Made by a program: the position numbers and the translations under genes
Shown: piece after piece, positions 53,889-62,465 of the stretch
Numbering within the stretch: the stretch's first letter is position 1
Layout of the letters: the number at the start of each line of letters is the position of its first letter
Assembly: GCA_045537905.1 (NCBI GenBank)
Contig: JAZSQJ010000038.1
Span: 2,806 to 66,805, forward strand
DNA length: 64,000 nt
Direction: 5' to 3'
From: Eubacteriales bacterium
Lineage (GTDB): Bacteria; Bacillota; Clostridia; Oscillospirales; CAG-382
Notes under the pieces: generated by a model
The model's database searches: none
Seen by the model: the letters and a program-made list of their open reading frames with translations, nothing else
Told to the model about the DNA's origin: nothing

Positions 53889-53977
53889 GCTACATTGCAT
53901 TAAATACCTATGTTGCGGGGTACGATAAAACGAAACGGTTGCAAGGTTCATAACAAAATACGATAAAACAAGTCGGT

Positions 53978-54008
53978 TAAATCGTAGGGCGGGTGGCTTG
54001 CTCCCGCC
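53978..54008. repeat. REP-like GC hairpin with TAAATCGTAG flank, copy 2 (diverged)
   Basis: TAAATCGTAG GGCGGG tggcttgct CCCGCC. It shares the 5' flank with copy 1. TACGATAAAAC is also duplicated between them (53921.. and 53959..). Confidence 0.55.
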
Positions 54009-54202
54009 GTTGTAACAATCAAAGAAAGCACTGCAAATTATGATAAACCGTTACGTTTTATCATAATTTACGGTACCGTTCGACAAAAAAAGCAGGTTCC
54101 GTCTCATTAACGCAAAGCCTTAAACTTTGAGAATAAAAAAACAAGCACCTCCTAGCAGGTCGGGAGTGCACTGTTCGGAGGTGCTTCTGCTAAAATACTT
54201 TT

Positions 54203-54358
54203 AGTGAAGTTTTCGCCTAGGCGAAAGTGAAGTTGTTACAATAGGTAACAGTGAAGTTCGTGCTACGCACGAGTGAAGTAAAGTTTGCCCCATATACTTT
54301 GCCGTAGGCAAAACTTCACTGCCTGCAGGGCAACTTTACTTACGAAGTAAACTTCACT
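54203..54358. repeat. Array of AGTGAAGT octamers (4 forward, 2 inverted), each adjoining a short palindrome
   Basis: AGTGAAGT at 54203, 54226, 54250 and 54272; ACTTCACT at 54313 and 54351. Intervening palindromes: TTCGCCtaGGCGAA, GTTACaatagGTAAC, CGTGCtaGCACG, TTTGCC..GGCAAA, TTTACTTacGAAGTAAA. Confidence 0.8.
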
Positions 54359-54381
54359 TGCCTCATCGGGGCAAACTTAAT

Positions 54382-54415
54382 AGGGGTTGGCTCAAATTAA
54401 TTTGAGACAACCCCT
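54382..54415 (-). terminator. Hairpin terminator of the minus-strand GH73-dockerin gene
   Basis: AGGGGTTG g CTCAAATT AATTTGAG a CAACCCCT, 27 nt beyond the stop at 54443. Confidence 0.6.
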
Positions 54416-54442
54416 GCTTCTTAAATTATTAAAACAATGCTT

Positions 54443-55927
54443 TTATGCGTTTTTAGCTATGGCAATATAATCGGCGGTGGTAATACGGTTATCGCTGTTG
54501 TAATCTGCCGCCCTTCTGTACACTCGGTCGGGCAGGGAGCTGTCGTCACCTGCAAGGTACACCTTAAGAGAGATAAGGTCAGCGGTGCTGGTCTTGCCGT
54601 CGCCGTTGGTGTCGCCCTTAACCTCTACGATATAGGTAGCGCCCGAAACGGTAACTTTACAGCCCGTGCCTACGTAAGCGGTGTCGGACAAAAGGGTGCC
54701 GTCTGCAGACTTTACGGTGGCACTGACGCCGGAAAGACCGTAATAGGTATCAACAACAGCGGCGGTAGTGTAGGCCTCGATGCCCGAAAGAATGGATGTA
54801 TAGCGGTCAACCGTCCAGCCTGCCAGGTTAACGTAGCTTATGGAGTTTTTGTTTGCAAAGGTTTCAACAACGCCGTTGCCCTGGCCAAAGAGGGTAAGTC
54901 CCCCGCCCAGACCGTTAAAGGCACCGTCCTCGATAGAGGAAACGCTGTTGCCTACTACGACGGTATCAACCTTCGTCCCGTTAAAGGCGCCTGCAGAAAT
55001 GCTTTTTGCCTCGGCGGGGATAGAAGCGGTGCCGCTTACAAGGCACTTAACGTATACGCCGTCAGCTACGATACAGCCGTAGCCGCTTTTAACGGTAACG
55101 GAGCAGCTTGCACTCTTTCCCTCAGCGCTGAGGGAAAGGCTTGCGGTGCCGTCGCCTATAGCCGTTACGGTGTTGCCTGTAACGCTTACAACGGCGGTGT
55201 TACTGCTGCTTACGGTGTAGGTAGCGCTGCTTGCGGAGATATTAAGGGTGTAGGTAGCGCCCTTTTCCATATAAAGGCTTGTGGGTTTAAGGGAAACACT
55301 GCCCGTGTTGCCTACGCTTCCGTTGCCGTTGCCGAAATCGTAGTTATACTTTTCAAGGTCGTACTGCTCGATAACCTTGATAAGACAGTCGGTATAAATA
55401 GGATCTGCACAGTAGTTGTCATCAACAAGGAGCTTGCAGACAGACTTGTAATCGTAGTTACCGCGAATGTTTTCGTAGTTGGGGGATTTGTTAAACAAAG
55501 CGCTGTGGTCGTTAACGCTCTCCTGCCAGCTGGTGTAGGCACGCCAGAAGGAAAGGCTGTATTCCTTAACGTAAGCGTCGCCCTTTGTCGCCTTAAGGGA
55601 TGCCCAGCTTGCGTAAAGCACCTTTTCGTTACGGTCGTAAACCATACCGCCCCAGGTGCTGTAGGCTCTTATGCCAAACAGGTTGTTAGCCTCCTTGGCA
55701 AGGGTGCTGGTGCCCCAGCCGCTTTCCCATATAGCCTGCGCCACAGAGACGGATGCAAGTATCTTGTTGTCACGCATATCGTTGGTACACATAGGACCAA
55801 CCGTGTCAAGAAAATACTGCATCTCACTGGCAGTTGCGGCGCCTGCCGTCACGGTAGGCATCGCCGTCAACAGCGTGGCTACGGCGATAATAATCGCCAG
55901 CAGTAATGCTGTTCTCTTGGTTTTCAT
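54443..55927 (-). CDS. Secreted GH73 N-acetylglucosaminidase (peptidoglycan hydrolase) + Big_2 + LRR segment + C-terminal dockerin
   Basis: Start at internal Met (MKTKRTALLLAIIIAVATLLTAMPTVTAGA); the track start 55987 adds 20 aa. GH73 block: SVAQAIWESGWGTSTLAKEANNLFGIRAY. Big_2: NTAVVSVTGNTVTAIGDGTASLSLS. Dockerin: KGDTNGDGKTSTADLISLKVYL..ADYNSDNRITTADYIAIAKN. Confidence 0.88.
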   Translation of the reverse strand: MKTKRTALLLAIIIAVATLLTAMPTVTAGAATASEMQYFLDTVGPMCTNDMRDNKILASVSVAQAIWESGWGTSTLAKEANNLFGIRAYSTWGGMVYDRNEKVLYASWASLKATKGDAYVKEYSLSFWRAYTSWQESVNDHSALFNKSPNYENIRGNYDYKSVCKLLVDDNYCADPIYTDCLIKVIEQYDLEKYNYDFGNGNGSVGNTGSVSLKPTSLYMEKGATYTLNISASSATYTVSSSNTAVVSVTGNTVTAIGDGTASLSLSAEGKSASCSVTVKSGYGCIVADGVYVKCLVSGTASIPAEAKSISAGAFNGTKVDTVVVGNSVSSIEDGAFNGLGGGLTLFGQGNGVVETFANKNSISYVNLAGWTVDRYTSILSGIEAYTTAAVVDTYYGLSGVSATVKSADGTLLSDTAYVGTGCKVTVSGATYIVEVKGDTNGDGKTSTADLISLKVYLAGDDSSLPDRVYRRAADYNSDNRITTADYIAIAKNA

Positions 55928-55955
55928 AATAAAAAGCTCTTCCTTTCTGTACTTA

Positions 55956-56735
55956 CTATGCGGGTACGGCAGGCGTGGGTAATGCAACCCTCAGGGTAAA
56001 CCCGTCGTTCTCTCCGCTGCGATAGAAGGTGGTCTTACCCGCCTCCCTTGTTATAATAGCCCCGTAAAAGTAGTTTTCAATCAACTCAAGGGGAATATAA
56101 TAATCGTCAGTAAAAATAATATTAGAGCTAAGTCTTACGGTAGAGCCGTTGATCTCCACGGCAGAGGAGTTTTTGAACAAAGACAGGCTTTGGTCTATAT
56201 TATGGAAATACAGCGTAACCTGTTCCTTGTCCCCTGCTACGGTAAACTTGTAAAGCAGGGCAAGATCGGAGGCGGATACGTACTGAACACCGTCTATATT
56301 GGAGGCGGAGGCAGATATAGTCTCAATCGCCTTACCCTCGCTGTCGGTGATGACCAGCTTGTTTTCCAAGGCGCTGTCACCGCCTGTGTACAGGGAGTAC
56401 ACGAAAAGGGCGGTAAGCAGACAAAAGGCTACATATATAATAAGGCATAGGGAAAGACGGGCAAAAAAGGTCTCCTTCCTTTCACGGCGCAGTCTCTCCT
56501 GCATAGCTTTCCGCTTCCTTGCCGCGTCAATCTGTTCCTGAGTCGGCTTAGGCTTGGCGTTCTGCCCGTTTCCTTGTCTGTTTGGTATATCCTTGGGTCG
56601 CCTTACGCCGCCGCGCTGTGCCTCGGCAGGGCGTCTTCCTGTCGAAACGCTTCTTTTAGGGGCGACATTCTGTGCTTTTTGGGGTCTTAAACCCCTATTT
56701 GTATTATTTTCCGTGCTCAAAGCATAACACCTCAC
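55956..56735 (-). CDS. Membrane-anchored protein: basic N-terminus, one TM, stalk-like (copper-amine-oxidase-N-like) C-domain (tentative)
   Basis: R/K/Q-rich N-terminal 90 aa, TM LCLIIYVAFCLLTALFVYSLY, and a C-domain containing IDGVQYVSASDLALLYKF..YYIPLELIENYF. Start uncertain (GTG 56735 or TTG 56720). Confidence 0.6.
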   Translation of the reverse strand: MRCYALSTENNTNRGLRPQKAQNVAPKRSVSTGRRPAEAQRGGVRRPKDIPNRQGNGQNAKPKPTQEQIDAARKRKAMQERLRRERKETFFARLSLCLIIYVAFCLLTALFVYSLYTGGDSALENKLVITDSEGKAIETISASASNIDGVQYVSASDLALLYKFTVAGDKEQVTLYFHNIDQSLSLFKNSSAVEINGSTVRLSSNIIFTDDYYIPLELIENYFYGAIITREAGKTTFYRSGENDGFTLRVALPTPAVPA

Positions 56736-56871
56736 CCTATTATACCATACAAAAACTCATTTGTGAAGTAAAAATTTAACTTTTTTTCAAAAAAATTATA
56801 ATATGTAATTATAAAGGGCAAAAACGGGGGCAACACTTGAGGTAGCAAAAACTCTTTTGGAGGTGCTTTAT

Positions 56872-58980
56872 ATGGAGGGGAAATTCACCGCCCAGGCAAG
56901 GCGTGCCATAAACATAGCCTTTATGGAGGCTGCCCGTCTTGGCACCGGTTACGTAGGCACAGAGCATCTGCTTTTAGGCCTGGCGTCGGGGCAGGACAAA
57001 ACAGCCGCTCTGCTGATAGACAGCGATCTGGACGCCGATACCCTTAGGGAGGAGCTGACGGAACGCAGGCGCGGAACGGTACAGCCACGGTACGGGGAGG
57101 ATATGACGGCAAAGCTGAGACGGGTGCTGTTGAGAGGAGCAACTCTGGCAGGGGCGGAGGCTTCGGCAGACAGCCTGCATATACTATTTGCCCTGATGGC
57201 GGAGGACTGTGCGGGCAGACGCCTTGCCGAGGAGCTAGGCGACGCAGTGCACTTATACGAGGAAATGGAAAAGCTGATGTTGGAGGAGAAAATGCTGCAA
57301 CGAAACAAAACACCCCAGCGCAAACCCACACCCATCCTTGACAAAAACGGCAGCGACCTGACGGAGCGAGCCGTAAAGGGACTTCTTGACCCCGTAATAG
57401 GAAGGGAGCGTGAGGAGGAGCGTGTAATACAAATACTGTCAAGGCGTACCAAAAACAACCCCTGTCTTATCGGGGAGGCAGGCGTGGGGAAGACCGCCGT
57501 GGCAGAGTCCATAGCACTGCGTATAGCTGAGGGCAGGGTCCCCGAGGGACTTAAGGACAAGCGGCTGGTGGTGCTGGACATAGCCTCTCTGGTGGCAGGC
57601 ACTAAATACCGTGGGGAGTTTGAGGAGAAGCTACGCAGTATTATAGACGAGGTAAAGGAGGCGGGGGATATAATACTGTTTACCGACGAGCTGCACACCA
57701 TAGTGGGGGCAGGTGCGGCAGAGGGTGCGGTAGACGCCTCCAACATACTGAAGCCCTACCTTGCCAGAGGAGAGCTGCAGCTTATGGGAGCCACCACCAA
57801 AAAGGAGTACAGAAAATATATAGAAAAGGACGGTGCCTTGGAAAGACGCTTCCAGACGGTGCTGCTGGAGGAGCCTGACAAGGCGGCTTGTCTCAGTATA
57901 CTGCAGGGAATAAAGGGCAGATACGAAAGCTACCACGGCGTTGTAATACGGGACGAGGCTTTGGAAAAGGCTGTAGAGCTGGCGGATAAATATATAAGCG
58001 GCAGGTCCTTTCCCGATAAGGCGATAGACCTTATGGACGAGGCGGCGGCATACAAAAAGACGGGGGGAGGCACGGTGGTGGAGGGCACCGACGTAGAGAC
58101 GGTGCTTAAGACGGCGGCAGGCATCAGCCACTATAACAGCGCCGTGTCGGAGGAAGCCTTGGAGTCGGCAAGAAAACGTCTTTACGGCAGGGAGGCAGAG
58201 CTTGACAAAATATGTGCCGTCCTTAACCGTTGCCGTTTTGGGTTTGGCAGTGGCGGCGCTCTTTGCTCCTTCCTTATAACGGGGGAGGCAGGCGTAGGTA
58301 AAACCGCCCTTGCCAAGGAAATGGCAAGGCTTATGTTCGGCAAGGACAGCGCTTTGCTTCATATGGATATGGCAAACTATGCCGAGCCCCACAGTCTGTC
58401 CCGTCTTATAGGCACCCGAGGGGGCGAGGAGGGAGAGCTTACGGAAAGGCTACGCCGCAACCAAAGCAACGTGCTGCTGTTTGACAACGCCCATAAGGCG
58501 TGCAGCGAGGTGCTGGCTGTAATAAAGGGCATACTGGAGGAGGGCAGCCTTACCGACGGAGAGGGGCAGAGAATAAGCTGTGCAGGGTCGGTCGTGGTGG
58601 TTACCGCCACCTCTGAGCATAGGGCGGCAGGCTTTGAAGGGGGCACGGCGGTAAGCCGACGCTTCGGTCGGATTGCGGCTCTGGTGGACGGAGAGATAAA
58701 TCTGGCTCCCATAGGAAGGGAGGCAAGGCAGGAGATGGTTCGTGACTGCGTGGCAGAGCTTAAGGCAAGCCTTTTGCCTATGGGCATAAGCCTTGCCGTA
58801 GACGAGGACTATGCCCTCAGTCTGGCTGAGGAGTTTACCCATAAGGGCGGCGTAAAACGGAGGCTGTACAAGGAGGCGGCACCTTTGCTTACGGGGGATT
58901 TTGCAAAAAAGCAGGGGGAGGGGGTAATTTTTTTGCAAAATGGGGAGCAAAAATTAAAAATAAGTGCAAGAAACTGTTGA
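56872..58980 (+). CDS. ClpC/ClpA-family AAA+ ATPase with Clp_N domain and a degenerate second ATPase module
   Basis: ATG 56872 after GGAGG. Clp_N repeats (FTAQARRAINIAFMEAARLGTGYVGTEHLLLGL). D1: IGREREEERVIQILSRRTKNNPCLIGEAGVGKTAVAE and ILFTDELHTIVGAG. D2: Walker A ITGEAGVGKTALA, but Walker B reads LLFDNAHKA (D-N at 58483..58488). Confidence 0.85.
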   Translation: MEGKFTAQARRAINIAFMEAARLGTGYVGTEHLLLGLASGQDKTAALLIDSDLDADTLREELTERRRGTVQPRYGEDMTAKLRRVLLRGATLAGAEASADSLHILFALMAEDCAGRRLAEELGDAVHLYEEMEKLMLEEKMLQRNKTPQRKPTPILDKNGSDLTERAVKGLLDPVIGREREEERVIQILSRRTKNNPCLIGEAGVGKTAVAESIALRIAEGRVPEGLKDKRLVVLDIASLVAGTKYRGEFEEKLRSIIDEVKEAGDIILFTDELHTIVGAGAAEGAVDASNILKPYLARGELQLMGATTKKEYRKYIEKDGALERRFQTVLLEEPDKAACLSILQGIKGRYESYHGVVIRDEALEKAVELADKYISGRSFPDKAIDLMDEAAAYKKTGGGTVVEGTDVETVLKTAAGISHYNSAVSEEALESARKRLYGREAELDKICAVLNRCRFGFGSGGALCSFLITGEAGVGKTALAKEMARLMFGKDSALLHMDMANYAEPHSLSRLIGTRGGEEGELTERLRRNQSNVLLFDNAHKACSEVLAVIKGILEEGSLTDGEGQRISCAGSVVVVTATSEHRAAGFEGGTAVSRRFGRIAALVDGEINLAPIGREARQEMVRDCVAELKASLLPMGISLAVDEDYALSLAEEFTHKGGVKRRLYKEAAPLLTGDFAKKQGEGVIFLQNGEQKLKISARNC

Positions 58981-59005
58981 CAAAAGGGAATTAATACTGT
59001 ATAAT
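58977..59005 (+). promoter_or_regulatory. Consensus sigma-A promoter overlapping the ClpC-like stop codon
   Basis: TTGACA (58977..58982), 17 nt, TATAAT (59000..59005). Confidence 0.55.
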
Positions 59006-59007
59006 AT

Positions 59008-59046
59008 CGACCTGTAAAGCGTTTTACTTTACAGGTCGTTTTGTTG
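59008..59046 (+). terminator. Intrinsic terminator (12-bp perfect stem + T-run)
   Basis: CGACCTGTAAAG cgtttta CTTTACAGGTCG TTTTGTTG. Confidence 0.8.
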
Positions 59047-59071
59047 TAAGGCTTGAAAGCGAGGTAGCGGT

Positions 59072-59398
59072 GTGGAAGATAAAAGAGTGCAGATTTCGGC
59101 ACTGTTTGACCTTTACGGTGCCGCCCTTTCCGAAAGACAGCGTGACGTATTGCAGCTGTATTATAACGACGATTTATCGCTGGCGGAGATAGCGGAGGAC
59201 ACGGGCATAACCAGGCAGGGCGTTCGTGACGCTATCAAGAAGGCAGAAAAGGAGCTGGCGGATTTTGAGGAGCGTTTAGGCTTTCTTAAAAAAACGGAGA
59301 GACTGCGTGGCAAGGCGGAGGAGCTGGCTGCGGCAGTGGAGCCTATGGGCGACACGGCGCTGGCAAGCCTTGTGCAAGCGTTGTTAAGTGAGATATAA
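59072..59398 (+). CDS. ylxM: YlxM/p13-family putative DNA-binding protein (UPF0122)
   Basis: ALFDLYGAALSERQRDVLQLYYNDDLSLAEIAEDTGITRQGVRDAIKKAEKEL. Sits in the conserved position immediately upstream of ffh. GTG start. Confidence 0.88.
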   Translation: MEDKRVQISALFDLYGAALSERQRDVLQLYYNDDLSLAEIAEDTGITRQGVRDAIKKAEKELADFEERLGFLKKTERLRGKAEELAAAVEPMGDTALASLVQALLSEI

Positions 59399-59412
59399 CG
59401 GGGGTATAAAAA

Positions 59413-60744
59413 ATGTTTCAAAGCCTTACGGATAAACTATCTCAGGCATTTAAGAAGTTTCGTAACAAGGGCAAGCTGACCGAGGCTGACGTTAAGCTCG
59501 GTATGCGAGAGATAAAGCTGGCGCTTCTGGAAGCGGACGTAAACTTTAAGGTAGTTAAGGAGTTTATAGCCAAGGCGACCGAGCGTGCGGTAGGCAGTGA
59601 TGTGCTTGAAAGTCTTATGCCCGAGCAGCAGATAGTAAAAATAGTAAACGAGGAGCTTGTTGCACTGATGGGCTCCACTAACTCCAGGCTGGAGATAGCG
59701 TCAAAGCCTCCAACGATAGTGTTGATGTGCGGCTTGCAGGGCAGCGGTAAAACCACCCACAGCGGCAAGCTGGCTTTGATGTACAAAAAGCAGGGCAAAA
59801 GTCCCTTGCTTGTTGCCTGCGACATCTACCGTCCTGCGGCTATCAAGCAGCTGCAGGTAGTAGGCGAAAAGGCAGGGGTTAAGGTTTACGAAAAGGGCAC
59901 CCAAAGTCCTGTAAAAACAGTAAAAGAGGCTATAGCCTATGCCTACGAGTACGGTCACGATATGATTATCGTGGATACCGCAGGCCGTTTGCATATAGAC
60001 GAGGAGCTGATGGAGGAGCTTCGCCTGGTTAAGGAGGCGGCAAATCCTACGGAGACCCTGCTTGTTGTTGACGCAATGACGGGTCAGGACGCCGTTAACG
60101 TGGCAAAGAGCTTCAACGATTTGCTTGACATTACGGGCGTTATCCTCACAAAGCTTGACGGTGATACCCGCGGCGGTGCGGCGTTATCCGTTCGTCACGT
60201 AACGGGTAAGCCCATTAAGTTTATCGGTACGGGTGAAAAGCTTGATAATCTGGAGCCTTTTTATCCCGACCGTATGGCGTCCCGTATCCTTGGTATGGGC
60301 GACGTGCTTTCCCTTATCGAAAAGGCGCAAAGCGCCTACGACGATAAGAAGGCGGAGGAGCTGGAGAGGAAGTTCAGACAGTCCACCTTTACTTTGGAGG
60401 ATTATCTGGAGCAGTTCGGTCAGCTACGCAATATGGGCTCTCTTGAGCAGATAATGGCGATGATACCCGGTGTAAACACCTCTAAGCTTAAGGACGCCAA
60501 GATAGACGAAAAGGTTATGTCCCATATGGAGGCAATCATTTTGTCCATGACCCCCTATGAGCGTAACCATCCCGAGGTGCTTAACTTCTCCCGCAAGAAG
60601 CGCATTGCCGCAGGCAGCGGCAGGACCGTGGAGGAGGTAAACAGACTGCTTAAGCAGTTTGAACAGACCAAGGACATTATGAAGCGCTTCACTAAAAAAG
60701 GCAAGAAGGGAAAAATGAGACTCCCCTTTGGCATAAAACCATAA
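59413..60744 (+). CDS. ffh: Signal recognition particle protein Ffh
   Basis: [57 protein letters not shown], and a Met-rich M domain. Confidence 0.97.
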   Translation: MFQSLTDKLSQAFKKFRNKGKLTEADVKLGMREIKLALLEADVNFKVVKEFIAKATERAVGSDVLESLMPEQQIVKIVNEELVALMGSTNSRLEIASKPPTIVLMCGLQGSGKTTHSGKLALMYKKQGKSPLLVACDIYRPAAIKQLQVVGEKAGVKVYEKGTQSPVKTVKEAIAYAYEYGHDMIIVDTAGRLHIDEELMEELRLVKEAANPTETLLVVDAMTGQDAVNVAKSFNDLLDITGVILTKLDGDTRGGAALSVRHVTGKPIKFIGTGEKLDNLEPFYPDRMASRILGMGDVLSLIEKAQSAYDDKKAEELERKFRQSTFTLEDYLEQFGQLRNMGSLEQIMAMIPGVNTSKLKDAKIDEKVMSHMEAIILSMTPYERNHPEVLNFSRKKRIAAGSGRTVEEVNRLLKQFEQTKDIMKRFTKKGKKGKMRLPFGIKP

Positions 60745-60776
60745 TTTTAATTTATATTTTTTGGAGGAACAAGAAA

Positions 60777-61019
60777 ATGGCTGTTAAGATCAGACTTAAG
60801 AGAATGGGCGCAAAGAAGGCACCTTTTTACAGAGTAGTAGTTGCTGACTCCCGTTATCCCAGAGACGGTAGATTTATCGAGGAAATCGGTTACTACAATC
60901 CTATGAAGGAGCCTGCTGAGATCGTAATCGACAACGAAAAGGCAAAGAAGTGGATATCCAACGGCGCACAGCCTACCGATACCGTTAGAAGCTTGCTCAA
61001 GAAGAACGGCGCTATATAA
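60777..61019 (+). CDS. rpsP: 30S ribosomal protein S16
   Basis: [42 protein letters not shown]. Confidence 0.97.
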   Translation: MAVKIRLKRMGAKKAPFYRVVVADSRYPRDGRFIEEIGYYNPMKEPAEIVIDNEKAKKWISNGAQPTDTVRSLLKKNGAI

Positions 61020-61035
61020 ATAAAGGAGCTATCTG

Positions 61036-61266
61036 ATGAAGCAAACTTTGGTTGACATAGCAAAGGCGATAGTTGACGAGCCTGAGGCAGTTTCCGTTTC
61101 CGAGAAGGTAAGCGGCGACACCCACGTGCTGGAGCTTAGCGTAGCAAAGGGCGATATGGGTAAGGTTATCGGCAGACAGGGCAAAATCGCTAAATGCATA
61201 CGTGTTGTTATGCGTGCCGCTGCGGCAAAGCAGAACAAGCGTGTAATTGTTGATATAGTTTCGTAA
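61036..61266 (+). CDS. KH-domain RNA-binding protein (YlqC-like)
   Basis: GKVIGRQGKIAKCIRVVM (GxxG KH motif), in the conserved position between rpsP and rimM. Confidence 0.9.
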   Translation: MKQTLVDIAKAIVDEPEAVSVSEKVSGDTHVLELSVAKGDMGKVIGRQGKIAKCIRVVMRAAAAKQNKRVIVDIVS

Positions 61267-61270
61267 GCCT

Positions 61271-61765
61271 ATGAAAAAGTATCTGGAGGCAGGTCTGCTT
61301 GGCGCACCCCGCGGTATAAAGGGTGAGCTTAAGTTTACCTGTTGGTGCGACAGTCCCGAGTTTTTGAAGACTGTTAAGCGTTTTTACTTTGACGAAAAGG
61401 GCGAGAAAAGCCTGGCGGTAAAAATGTACTATCCCTCTATCCCCTCCGTGGTGTTTGAGGGCAGGGAGGACAGACAGAGCGCCGCTTTGCTTACGGGTAA
61501 GACCTTGTGGTTTGACAGGGATGAGATAGTACTGCCCGAGGGCGTGTATTTCAACGACGACCTTATAGGACTGCCTGTTTTCGATGCAGACAGCGGTGCC
61601 CAGCTTGGTGTGCTTGCCTCTATAGAGGAGGGTGCCCGCAGCTTTTTGTACCGTATCGAGGGCGAAACTAATTATCTTGTACCCGCTGTGGACGCGTTTA
61701 TTATAAGCCGCGACCTGCAGAAGGGTATAACTGTAAGACTTATTGAAGGGATGGAAGTAAGCTGA
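61271..61765 (+). CDS. rimM: Ribosome maturation factor RimM
   Basis: GAPRGIKGELKF N-terminal barrel motif and PRC-barrel C-domain, located between the KH protein and trmD. Confidence 0.9.
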   Translation: MKKYLEAGLLGAPRGIKGELKFTCWCDSPEFLKTVKRFYFDEKGEKSLAVKMYYPSIPSVVFEGREDRQSAALLTGKTLWFDRDEIVLPEGVYFNDDLIGLPVFDADSGAQLGVLASIEEGARSFLYRIEGETNYLVPAVDAFIISRDLQKGITVRLIEGMEVS

Positions 61766-61766
61766 T

Positions 61767-62465
61767 ATGCGTTTTGAGGTGCTTACACTTTTTCCCGAAA
61801 TGCTTACAGGCGTATTTGAAGCAAGTATAATCGGACGTGCAAGTCAGGCGGGGCTAATCAGCGTCGCCTGTACTGATATACGCTCCTATACCAAGGACAA
61901 GCACCGCCGTGTGGACGATACTCCCTACGGCGGCGGCTACGGTATGGTAATGCAGTGCCAGCCTGTGGTAGACTGCATCCGTGACGTAAAGTCAAGGCTT
62001 GAGGGCAGCACCCGTGTGGTATATATGTCTCCTCAGGGCAGGCTGTTTGACAACAAGGTGGTAAGGGAGCTGAGGCAGTACGATAACCTGGTACTGCTTT
62101 GCGGTCATTACGAGGGTATTGACGAGCGTATAATCGAGCTTGAGGTAGATGAGGAGCTTTCCGTGGGCAACTACGTCCTTACGGGGGGCGAGCTTGCCGC
62201 CGCCATAGTGGTGGACGCAGTTTCACGCACGGTGGAGGGCGTACTGCCTGATAGCGAATGTTTTGAGGATGAAAGCCTTGAGGGGGGTCTGCTGGAGTAC
62301 CCTCAGTACACACGCCCCCGTGTGTTTGAAGGACTGGAGGTACCGCCTGTGCTTCTTGGCGGCAACCATGCGGAAATTGATAAATGGCGTAAGGAGCGTT
62401 CCCTGGAGCGTACCCTTGCCAAGCGTCCCGATCTTTTGAAAAAGGATACGGATAATGAGGAATAA
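61767..62465 (+). CDS. trmD: tRNA (guanine37-N1)-methyltransferase TrmD
   Basis: MRFEVLTLFPEML, VDDTPYGGGYGMVM, LLCGHYEGIDERI, SVGNYVLTGGELAA. Confidence 0.96.
   Translation: MRFEVLTLFPEMLTGVFEASIIGRASQAGLISVACTDIRSYTKDKHRRVDDTPYGGGYGMVMQCQPVVDCIRDVKSRLEGSTRVVYMSPQGRLFDNKVVRELRQYDNLVLLCGHYEGIDERIIELEVDEELSVGNYVLTGGELAAAIVVDAVSRTVEGVLPDSECFEDESLEGGLLEYPQYTRPRVFEGLEVPPVLLGGNHAEIDKWRKERSLERTLAKRPDLLKKDTDNEE

Noticed and set aside
54203-54358. AGTGAAGT repeat array considered as a CRISPR array
   Set aside because: The repeats are only 8-9 nt. The spacers are 13-15 nt and themselves palindromic. Orientation flips within the array, and no cas genes are present in the window.
54437-55906. 489-aa plus-strand ORF
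   Set aside because: It lies antisense to the GH73-Big_2-dockerin gene, which has clear motifs and a signal peptide. The translation is a G/A/V-rich artefact.
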